Shown here piece after piece: positions 16,817-24,728 of a stretch of DNA of 64,000 nt. A program made the position numbers and the translations under genes. Numbering within the stretch: position 1 is the first letter of the stretch; each line of letters starts with the position of its first letter. The notes under the pieces were generated by a model. It did not search any database. It had not been told where the DNA came from and saw only the letters and a list, made by a program, of their open reading frames with translations. Source of the DNA: Patescibacteria group bacterium (GTDB taxonomy: Bacteria > Patescibacteriota > Minisyncoccia > Moranbacterales > UBA2206); contig JAKLFF010000001.1 in NCBI GenBank assembly GCA_022711335.1, positions 405,754 to 469,753 of the forward strand, read 5' to 3'.

Positions 16817-18160
16817 TTAATACAGATATCCCCACATCTGAAGCTTATCTGACTCATGAAGCCACTTTTCCCCGATATCTGTCCGGTAATACATATTTTG
16901 CAAGATAATATTGTTCACTCTGAAATAGGCCTGCTTTCGGGCGCCTTCAACAGTTATGCCTGACCCCGTCACAACGAGAACATATCCCGAGTCTCCAGCC
17001 ACTGAAAATGAGCCGTTGGTTTTTTTGACATCCCCCAGATGAATCCCGTCCAGGCTCGGCTTTTTGAAAAGAATGGAAAGATCTTTATGCAGCGCAGTCT
17101 CCGAAGGATCTTCAAAAGGAAATGGAGGAACAACGACGACAACTCCCACTTGAAATCCTTTTTTCACCTTAAGATCAACTTTTTTCTTATTGGCTATATC
17201 GAAAAGAAATTCCCCCCAGCTGCTTAAAACTCCTTCCGACTGGATGCTGATGGTCGGGTAGCCAAAACGGGAAGTAAATTCCAAAGGATAAACTCCCCTG
17301 GCATTGGCAATGCAATTTATATCAATATACCCGACATAGCCCGACTCAGCCAGCGCATCTTTCATCTTGAAAAGGGTGTCATTAAATATTTTATTGGGCG
17401 GAGACCAGTACATCAAAGTCCCCATTTCCCCGGTATAGGGGCCGATGTCTCCCGGAAACAGCTTTTTGTGCTCAAAATTGATATTAACAGGATAGACAAA
17501 GTCTTCTCCGTTGAAAAAAGCTCCAGCTGCCACTTCTACGCCTACGGCCATTTTTTGAAGCTGAAATTTTTTTATCTTTTTCGCCCAGGCTTTTTTATTT
17601 TGTTCCAAAATTTCAATCAGATCTTTTCCGTCGTCTTCATGAGCCATAAAAAGTACTTTCTGATCGGACATAAGAAATCCGGAAGGCTTGAAAACATACC
17701 GGCCGGGATTATTTCTAACAAATTCTATCGCTTCATCAAAACTTTCAAAATCCCAATGCGGAAGAACAGAAAGGCCGAATTTTTTCATTTCATTTTGCCC
17801 AAACTCCCGATCTTCTTCTAATTTGTCAGTGTATTTGCTTCCGCCGACAACCGGTTTCCCCTTGGCTCTAAGCTCATCAGCTTCTTTGCCATAGCCGATA
17901 TCATCAAATACGATAATATCCGCCCAATCAACAAATTCTTTCCAATTTTTTACCTTTTCCAAAAGTCCGTCGTAAACATCCTGATCTTGCTCCCTCTCAA
18001 AAGATACTTTTACCTCATGGCCTTCTTTTTTAATCTGCCAGGCTAGATCGCCATTCAAACTTTCCGGGGAAACAAACAGGAATTTCTTCGGACTTTCGGT
18101 CGGCTTCATTTTATTTCCGTTTGACATAATTTTTTTTGAAACTGAATAAATTTTAAACAA
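16817..18160 (-). CDS. ATP-grasp enzyme, phosphoribosylamine-glycine ligase (PurD)-like
   Basis: ATP-grasp pattern with ...GPYTGEMGT... and CIANARGVYPLEFTSRFGYP, resembling the PurD ET..RFGDPE region. The start may be an internal Met (MSNGNK at 18127). Confidence 0.5.
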   Translation of the reverse strand: MFKIYSVSKKIMSNGNKMKPTESPKKFLFVSPESLNGDLAWQIKKEGHEVKVSFEREQDQDVYDGLLEKVKNWKEFVDWADIIVFDDIGYGKEADELRAKGKPVVGGSKYTDKLEEDREFGQNEMKKFGLSVLPHWDFESFDEAIEFVRNNPGRYVFKPSGFLMSDQKVLFMAHEDDGKDLIEILEQNKKAWAKKIKKFQLQKMAVGVEVAAGAFFNGEDFVYPVNINFEHKKLFPGDIGPYTGEMGTLMYWSPPNKIFNDTLFKMKDALAESGYVGYIDINCIANARGVYPLEFTSRFGYPTISIQSEGVLSSWGEFLFDIANKKKVDLKVKKGFQVGVVVVVPPFPFEDPSETALHKDLSILFKKPSLDGIHLGDVKKTNGSFSVAGDSGYVLVVTGSGITVEGARKQAYFRVNNIILQNMYYRTDIGEKWLHESDKLQMWGYLY

Positions 18161-18335
18161 AACAAAAATATCAATTTCTTCTTAAAAGATATCCAAGAAT
18201 GTTTTTTAAAATTAAAAAGTTTTTTATTTCTTTTTCATAATAATGCAAAAAAAAATATTGTCAATGTTTTTTTAATATTTTTAATCGAAAAGTTTTTTCT
18301 TGAAAATAAATTATTAAAATGCTACTGTTGTCATA

Positions 18336-18420
18336 TAACGTATGACATGAAACATATAGCAAAATGCCGGAAAATAATTTTTTTTGTTATGTGCTATATG
18401 TTTCATGTTCCATAATTTTA
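18336..18420. repeat. CATG-rich dispersed palindromic repeat copy (5' of yebC)
   Basis: 16-bp inverted arms CATGAAACATATAGCA / TGCTATATGTTTCATG around a spacer that contains TTTTTTTTGTTATGTGCTATATG. Confidence 0.55.
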
Positions 18421-19133
18421 TGTCAGGCCACTCGCACTTCGCCGGAATAAAACACAAAAAAGGGATAAATGATGCCAAGCGCGCTAAGATTTTTACAAAA
18501 TTCGCAAAACCTATCGCCATCGCAGCGCAAGAAGGCGGAGGAAATCCCGATACCAATTTCAAATTGAGAATGGCGATTGATAAAGCGCGCCAGTTTAATA
18601 TGCCCAAAGAAAATATCGAAAGAGCCATCAAGCGCGGCACAGGAGAACTGAAAGGAGAAACGCTTCAAGAAATTGTTTATGAGGCCAAGGGGCCGGGAAA
18701 TGTTTTAATGCTTATTAGCGCGACAACTGATAATCGCAACCGCACTGTTTCAGAAATTAAAAGCATTCTTGCCAAGCTGGGAGGAAAAATGGGCGAAGCC
18801 GGATCAAGTATGTGGAATTTCGAACAAGCAGGAATCATTTTAGCCGATCCCGAAACACAAGCTCTGGATGAATTGGAACTTATGGCTATCGACTCCGGCG
18901 CCAAAGATATAAAAACAGAAGAAAATATTGTATCTGTTTTTACCGAAATGAGAGATCTTCAAAAAGTGAAAAATAAACTGGAAGAAAAGAAAGTCAAAGT
19001 TTTGGAGGCCAGCCTTGTTTTTATCCCTAAAAGCACCATCAAGCTGGATGAGAATGCCAAAGCTAGCTATGAAAAACTTCTGGAAGCGCTTGATGATCAA
19101 GATGATGTAAATGAAATTTATGACAACCTTTAA
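18420..19133 (+). CDS. yebC: YebC/PmpR-family probable transcriptional regulatory protein
   Basis: MSGHSHFAGIKHKKGINDAKRAKIFTKFAKPIAIAAQEGGGNPDTNFKLRMAIDKARQFNMPKENIERAIKRG is a textbook YebC N-terminus. The start was moved to the ATG at 18420. Confidence 0.8.
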   Translation: MSGHSHFAGIKHKKGINDAKRAKIFTKFAKPIAIAAQEGGGNPDTNFKLRMAIDKARQFNMPKENIERAIKRGTGELKGETLQEIVYEAKGPGNVLMLISATTDNRNRTVSEIKSILAKLGGKMGEAGSSMWNFEQAGIILADPETQALDELELMAIDSGAKDIKTEENIVSVFTEMRDLQKVKNKLEEKKVKVLEASLVFIPKSTIKLDENAKASYEKLLEALDDQDDVNEIYDNL

Positions 19134-19135
19134 CC

Positions 19136-19226
19136 ATAGAACATGAAACATGAAGCATGTAACAAAAATGAATACGGATTTATCCAAAAATGGTTTGTCC
19201 CATGCTCCATGTTCTATGTTACGTGT
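19136..19226. repeat. CATG-rich dispersed palindromic repeat copy (yebC-ruvC spacer, overlapping the ruvC start)
   Basis: CATAGAACATGAAACATGAAGCATG ... CCCATGCTCCATGTTCTATG with inverted arms CATAGAACATG/CATGTTCTATG. Confidence 0.55.
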
Positions 19227-19716
19227 TTTAGGAATTGACCCCGGGACGGCTACCACCGGCTGGGCTATAATAGAAACAAGCAAAAGCCGGGGCATCAAAC
19301 CTCTTAGTTATGGCGTCATCAGCACGAAAAAAACCGGCTCTGAAGAAGAAAGGCTTTTTGAAATATCCAGAGATCTTCAAAAAATCATAGAAAAATACAA
19401 GCCTGATGAAGCTGCAATTGAAAAGATATTCTTTTTCAAAAATCAAAAAACCATTATTCAAGTTTCCCAGTCGAGAGGCGCCGTTCTCTTGACGCTTAGA
19501 CAAAAAAGTATTAGAATATCGAGTTATACTCCGCTTCAAATCAAGCAGGCGCTCACAGGATATGGAAAGGCAGAAAAAAAACAAATGCAAGAAATGACCA
19601 AAAGCATTTTGAGCTTAAAATCCATTCCCAAACCAGACGATGCTGCTGATGCCATTGCCGCAGCGATTTGCCATATAAACAGCCGCATTTATAATAATTT
19701 AAATTCACCCCGTTGA
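19216..19716 (+). CDS. ruvC: Crossover junction endodeoxyribonuclease RuvC
   Basis: MLRVLGIDPGTATTGWAIIE... and ...DAADAIAAAICH give the characteristic RuvC N- and C-terminal catalytic-Asp regions. Confidence 0.8.
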   Translation: MLRVLGIDPGTATTGWAIIETSKSRGIKPLSYGVISTKKTGSEEERLFEISRDLQKIIEKYKPDEAAIEKIFFFKNQKTIIQVSQSRGAVLLTLRQKSIRISSYTPLQIKQALTGYGKAEKKQMQEMTKSILSLKSIPKPDDAADAIAAAICHINSRIYNNLNSPR

Positions 19717-19771
19717 ATTCTGCCTAAAAATAATTGCGCCTGGCAGAAACTTTGACGGAATAAAAAATATT

Positions 19772-20431
19772 ATGGAAATACATTTAAGTCCGATAGTTGG
19801 CTTTTTTGCCGGACAGGGAGTGCCTTTGGAAACCATTCTTCTTCTCCTTATGCTTCCAATTATCGCCACATTTATCGCTTTCCTCCGCCAAGTCGTCGGG
19901 ATCAAGGCCTTTGGAATCTATACTCCTCTCATAGTCACTTTTTCCTTCCTAGCTACCAACGGAGTGAAGTATGGAGCAACAATTTTTCTTTCCGTTGTTA
20001 TTATCGGAATGCTCATGAGATTTGCACTCAAGCCTTTCAGGCTTCTTTATCTTCCGCGCGTCGCCATAATGCTCACCGTCGTCACTATTGTGATTTTGGG
20101 CATTTTGGTTTTAGGAGGAAATGCAAGAAGAACCGGTTTAGCTCACGTTTCAATTTTTCCAATTTTAATAATGATCACCATTGTTGAAAAATTCGTCGCT
20201 GTCCAAATTGAAAAAGGAGACAAGATGGCCATCCGGCTGGCGTTAGAAACTTTGGTTATTTCCATTTTAGGATATTACTTGGCCAGTTCAAAAATTCTTT
20301 TGGAATTTATTGCCAGCTATCCATGGACAATTCTTTTTACTATTCCAATAAATATTCTTCTCGGCAAGTGGACCGGTCTTCGCCTCACAGAATATTTCCG
20401 GTTTAAAGAAGTAATTAAGAAAATGCCTTAA
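19772..20431 (+). CDS. Polytopic (about 7-TM) membrane protein, partner of the RimK-like ligase/aspartic-protease system
   Basis: 219 aa, about 6-7 predicted helices, with its stop 3 nt before the RimK-like gene. It resembles the 7-TM module that is fused to an inactive transglutaminase domain in the three-gene system described for these ligases; the synteny argument is inference. Confidence 0.4.
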   Translation: MEIHLSPIVGFFAGQGVPLETILLLLMLPIIATFIAFLRQVVGIKAFGIYTPLIVTFSFLATNGVKYGATIFLSVVIIGMLMRFALKPFRLLYLPRVAIMLTVVTIVILGILVLGGNARRTGLAHVSIFPILIMITIVEKFVAVQIEKGDKMAIRLALETLVISILGYYLASSKILLEFIASYPWTILFTIPINILLGKWTGLRLTEYFRFKEVIKKMP

Positions 20432-20433
20432 TT

Positions 20434-21876
20434 ATGTTTGGATTTATAAAAAAAAGCCGGAAAATTTTAGGGATGGATGCAAGAAATCTTATCTACATCC
20501 GCCCTTTTAACTTGAAATCAGCCAAAAAAATTGCTGATGATAAGCTTCTTTGTAAAAAAATCCTCAAAAAAAACGGCATTTCTGTCCCTAAGCTTATCGC
20601 GAAAATAAAAACCTATGAAGAGCTGGAGAATTTTGACTGGTCCACTCTTCCAGACAGCTTTGCGTTGAAACCGAATCGCGGCCTTGGCGGAGAAGGGATT
20701 ATTGTCGTTTATGGAAAAAAGAAGCCTGCCCGCAATGCTTTGCTCGGCAATGCAGACGAAAATACGCCTGCCTGCTGGATAAAAGCCGACGGAAGCCTTA
20801 TCTCAATAGAAGACTTAAAAGCTCACATCCGAAATATTCTGGATGGTTCCTTTTCTCTTTCCAATACTCCCGACACGGCTTTTTTTGAGGAAAGAATCCG
20901 GCTTTTGAAATTATTTAAACCCTATTCATATAAAGGAATCCCGGATATTCGTATCATTGTTTTTAATAAAGTCCCGGTTATGGCCATGCTACGCCTGCCA
21001 ACCGAGGCATCTAAAGGAAAGGCTAATCTCCAACAAGGCGCTATTGGCGTGGGAATAGACCTTGCCACCGGAACCACAACGACAGCCGTCCTAGGAAAAA
21101 ATAAACTTATTGAATATGTTCCAGGCACGAGAATGTTGCTTTCGGGAATAAAAATCCCCTATTGGAATGATATTTTAAATTTGGCCGTAAAGACACAAGA
21201 AATTTCGGGACTGGGATATTTAGGCGTTGATGTAGCCATCGACAAGGAGGATGGCCCGATTATTTTGGAACTCAATGCCCGTCCGGGCCTTTCCATTCAA
21301 ATTGCCAACCTTGCCGGACTCAAAGAACGGCTGGAAAGAGTTTCGGAGCTCAAAATAAAAACCGCCAAAAAAGGCATCCGGGTCGGAATGGATCTCTTTG
21401 GAGGAGAAATTGAGGAAGAATTGGAAGAAATTTCCGGAAAAAAAGTAATAGGCACCGTGGAAAAGGTAAAATTAATTGGAAAAGACGAAAGAGAAATAGA
21501 GTCAGAAGCCCGAATTGATACAGGCGCGTATTCCAGCTCAATTGATGCAGAATTAGCCAAGGAGCTTGGCTTTCAAAAAACACTTGAAGAATTTTCAAAA
21601 ATTGATTTGGCCGCATATGAAATATCACACGAAAAAGAAAATGAAATAAAAAAGGTTTTTATGGAAAAATACAAAAAAATTATACCTGAGATCGAAGATG
21701 TCGCCGTGGTGATCTCCTCAAGCGGCTCCTCAATTAGGCCAACAATAAAAATTAATTTTATTTTAGACAAAATAACTATCGCGTCTAAGGTTAACGTCAT
21801 TGACAGAGGAAATCTAAAATACCCCATATTGATTGGCCGAAGCGATCTTAAGAAATTTCTAATTGAAATAAAATAA
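20434..21876 (+). CDS. RimK-type ATP-grasp ligase (alpha-L-glutamate-ligase-like) fused to a C-terminal retropepsin-like ('ATP-dependent zinc protease' family) domain
   Basis: ATP-grasp core (KPNRGLGGEGIIVV..., DIRIIVFNKV..., NLQQGAIGV..., ILELNARPGL). The C-terminal ~130 aa contain ARIDTGAYSS (a D-T/S-G-A aspartic-protease signature) and ...YPILIGRSDL. Confidence 0.6.
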   Translation: MFGFIKKSRKILGMDARNLIYIRPFNLKSAKKIADDKLLCKKILKKNGISVPKLIAKIKTYEELENFDWSTLPDSFALKPNRGLGGEGIIVVYGKKKPARNALLGNADENTPACWIKADGSLISIEDLKAHIRNILDGSFSLSNTPDTAFFEERIRLLKLFKPYSYKGIPDIRIIVFNKVPVMAMLRLPTEASKGKANLQQGAIGVGIDLATGTTTTAVLGKNKLIEYVPGTRMLLSGIKIPYWNDILNLAVKTQEISGLGYLGVDVAIDKEDGPIILELNARPGLSIQIANLAGLKERLERVSELKIKTAKKGIRVGMDLFGGEIEEELEEISGKKVIGTVEKVKLIGKDEREIESEARIDTGAYSSSIDAELAKELGFQKTLEEFSKIDLAAYEISHEKENEIKKVFMEKYKKIIPEIEDVAVVISSSGSSIRPTIKINFILDKITIASKVNVIDRGNLKYPILIGRSDLKKFLIEIK

Positions 21877-22799
21877 TGAAAGAACTGCTAGTGTTAATCC
21901 TTTATGACAAAAGCAATAAAAATGCAGAGGATTTTCCTTCCGCCTATAAAGATCTGTATGCATATTTAAAAAATAAGAATGTTATTCTCTGTAGAGCCAA
22001 AATAGCTTCTTTCGATAAAAAAACTGGTTTTTTTAAGAAGGCGCAATTTTATAACAAAAACTGGTTTTTTAGAAAAAATGTGCGTCCGGATTTGGTTTAT
22101 GACAAATCCCCTTTTATTACTGACAAAAATTTGATGGTTCTCAGAAAATTAATAGCTAGGTGCTATCCTTTTTGTAACTCCCTGAATCTGAGCAAGCTGC
22201 TAAGCGATAAATGGCTAACCTACAAAGCTTTCTCTGATTTTTCTCCAAAAGCAGTTCTTGTTACTAGTAAGAGTGACTTGGGAAAAATAAAGCAATTATC
22301 TTCCCAAAAAATAATCCTTAAGCCGCTTGGAGGTTCTGGCGGCAAAGGAATAAAAATATTTGAAAAGAGCGCTATGAAGCCGGTTCTTTATCCATTCCTG
22401 GCGCAAGAACTGATTGAAGTGAAAAAAGGGATTAAGGGCTTTGCATCGGGAGCACATGACTTGCGCATAATGATCAGGAATGAAAAGATTTTTTATTCTT
22501 TTCTCAGAATACCGCAAAAAAACAAGTTGCTTTCCAATCTTTCCCAGGGAGGGACAGTACGAGTTGTTCCCATAGACAAACTTCCTAAACTAGTTTTTCC
22601 ATTCATTAAAAAAATTCAAAGCAAACTGAAAAAATACAAGATAAAACTATATTCCATTGATATAATAATCGACGACAACAAAAAGCCATGGATTATTGAA
22701 ATGAATTCACGCCCGGGAATTACTCTCGAAAAAGAAGAATTGCCATATCGCGAATATTTTTATAATAATTTGATAATTTTTTTCAAAAAAGCCCTATGA
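21876..22799 (+). CDS. RimK-type ATP-grasp ligase paralog
   Basis: ILKPLGGSGGKGIKIF, DLRIMIRNEKIFYSFLRIPQKNKLLSNLSQGGTV, IIEMNSRPGI. Start/stop coupled with its neighbours. Confidence 0.55.
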   Translation: MKELLVLILYDKSNKNAEDFPSAYKDLYAYLKNKNVILCRAKIASFDKKTGFFKKAQFYNKNWFFRKNVRPDLVYDKSPFITDKNLMVLRKLIARCYPFCNSLNLSKLLSDKWLTYKAFSDFSPKAVLVTSKSDLGKIKQLSSQKIILKPLGGSGGKGIKIFEKSAMKPVLYPFLAQELIEVKKGIKGFASGAHDLRIMIRNEKIFYSFLRIPQKNKLLSNLSQGGTVRVVPIDKLPKLVFPFIKKIQSKLKKYKIKLYSIDIIIDDNKKPWIIEMNSRPGITLEKEELPYREYFYNNLIIFFKKAL

Positions 22800-23764
22800 A
22801 AAAAGTCATGATTCTTTTTGGAAAAGACAGCTGGAAAAAAAGCAAGCCTTTTTCTAATAAAAAATATATGTATTCTTATGAGTATTTCTACGCTTTGTGC
22901 AAAAAAGAAGGAATACAAATACTCAGAGCTTCTTATGAATGGTATGATTACAAAAATAAATTTTTCAAATATGCCTGGGTATTTGAAAAAAGCAGCAGCA
23001 TATGGAAAAGAGCTTATGACATCAGGCCAGATTTAATTTATGATAAAACAAAATCAACACCGGAAGCCTATTTAAAAAGCTCCTTGATACGCGCCAACTA
23101 TGCTTTTTTCAATGACATTGAATTTTCTAAAATAATAGACAATAAGCTGGCGGTCGGGCTCTTCTTTTCGGATTGGTCTAAAAAAAGCCTGCTAATTGAA
23201 GATTTGAAGCATTTATCTGTTGCTCTTAATAAAATTTCCAATAAACAAAAAATGGTTTTGAAGCCGGCGAATCTCAGCGGCGGAGAAAATGTATTCATAG
23301 GGCAAAAAGCTGAGTTGATAGAGAGAGTCGGCGCGGCCAAAATAAACCTTACTGATTGGATACTCCAGGATTTCATCGACTCATCTGATGGAATACCTGG
23401 GATAATGAGGGGCATTCATGATCTAAGATTAGTGATCATTGATACTGCTATAGTTTATTCCTATTATCGAACGCCAGCAAAAGGAAGCCTGCTGGCCAAT
23501 TTAGCCCAGGGAGGATCCATGGAAATTGTGCCTCTAAAAAAGCTCCCCAAAAGCATTCTTCCTATCGTAAAAAAGGCCAATCAACTTTTTTCCGGATTTG
23601 AGCATAAGATATATACTATTGACCTGATGTTTGACAAAGACAAGCAGCCTTGGATAGTGGAGCTTAATTCAATGCCTGGAATGTATTTTGCTCCAGGACA
23701 GGAAAAAACCAGAGACTTTTTTTATAAAAAGTTGGCATCTGTTTTTAAAAATATTTTGAACTGA
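22796..23764 (+). CDS. RimK-type ATP-grasp ligase paralog
   Basis: VLKPANLSGGENVFIG, DLRLVIIDTAIVYSYYRTPAKGSLLANLAQGGSM, IVELNSMPGM. Overlaps the previous gene by 4 nt. Confidence 0.55.
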   Translation: MKKVMILFGKDSWKKSKPFSNKKYMYSYEYFYALCKKEGIQILRASYEWYDYKNKFFKYAWVFEKSSSIWKRAYDIRPDLIYDKTKSTPEAYLKSSLIRANYAFFNDIEFSKIIDNKLAVGLFFSDWSKKSLLIEDLKHLSVALNKISNKQKMVLKPANLSGGENVFIGQKAELIERVGAAKINLTDWILQDFIDSSDGIPGIMRGIHDLRLVIIDTAIVYSYYRTPAKGSLLANLAQGGSMEIVPLKKLPKSILPIVKKANQLFSGFEHKIYTIDLMFDKDKQPWIVELNSMPGMYFAPGQEKTRDFFYKKLASVFKNILN

Positions 23765-23770
23765 TTTTTT

Positions 23771-24631
23771 ATGCGAATCTGCGTAATTACAGACTACGAA
23801 AAATCCTATTCCTCAGTTAAATTACTTCGCGAAGCGGCTGGTTTTGGCGTTAAAATATTCTTTTTCAGATGGAAAGATATTGTTTTTGACGGGACAAATT
23901 TGGGTTTTGCATCAAATAAAAAAGTGGCCTTGGATAGTTTTGACGCTGTAATATTGCGCAGCTCCATCACTTCTTTGACGCCAAGCAGCCTGGTTGTAAA
24001 TTATTGCAAACACAAAAATATACGCCTTTTGAATGAAAACTTCTATCTTCGCCACCAATCGATAAATAAATTGACCCAACAATTTATTTTCCAGGCAAAG
24101 AAAGTCCCGTGCTTAAAAACCATTTATGGAGAGAATCTGTCCTTTTCCCAGCTTAAAACTAAGCTTGGATCGCCCTTCGTGGCAAAACTTGCCAAGGGAA
24201 GCCTGGGAAAACAGGTATTTAAAATTGACTCGCAAGGCGCTTTTTCCCATTTTCTTCGCCAGCGAAAAAAAGACAAGCAGCTTTATTTATTTCAAAAATT
24301 CTATAAGATATCCGGCGATTATCGCGCCTTCATTATTGGAAAAAATGTCTATGGCTCTTTAAAAAGAACGGCCCCCAAAGGAGAATGGCGGACAAATGTT
24401 CGCAGTTCAAAACATGAGAAAGTAGAAAATAAGCAGGTTCTTGAACTAGGAAAGCTTCTGATTAAGCGTATTGGGATTGAATTCGCCGGCCTTGACATTC
24501 TCATTGATTCTTCAGGGAAACCACGTATCATCGAGCTAAACACTATGGCTTGCTTCAGGGTCTTTGACCGGATTAATCCGGAAATAAATATTGCAAAAAA
24601 AATAATCCGGTTGCTAAAAAATACCAAATAA
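23771..24631 (+). CDS. RimK-type ATP-grasp ligase paralog
   Basis: VAKLAKGSLGKQVFKI, DYRAFIIGKNVYGSLKRTAPKGEWRTNVRSS, IIELNTMACF. Confidence 0.55.
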   Translation: MRICVITDYEKSYSSVKLLREAAGFGVKIFFFRWKDIVFDGTNLGFASNKKVALDSFDAVILRSSITSLTPSSLVVNYCKHKNIRLLNENFYLRHQSINKLTQQFIFQAKKVPCLKTIYGENLSFSQLKTKLGSPFVAKLAKGSLGKQVFKIDSQGAFSHFLRQRKKDKQLYLFQKFYKISGDYRAFIIGKNVYGSLKRTAPKGEWRTNVRSSKHEKVENKQVLELGKLLIKRIGIEFAGLDILIDSSGKPRIIELNTMACFRVFDRINPEINIAKKIIRLLKNTK

Positions 24632-24728
24632 AAGCATCCTTTCAAAAACAAAACGTCATTTGACTGCGTTGATGATTAATAAAATCTATATTAAAATAGC
24701 TATATCCTAAACTTTAGTTGTATTATTT

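Noticed and set aside
16817-18160. PurD-like ATP-grasp as evidence of a purine biosynthesis operon
   Set aside because: No other pur genes flank it. It stands alone between a terminator and the yebC promoter region, so it is reported only as a PurD-like ATP-grasp enzyme without pathway inference.
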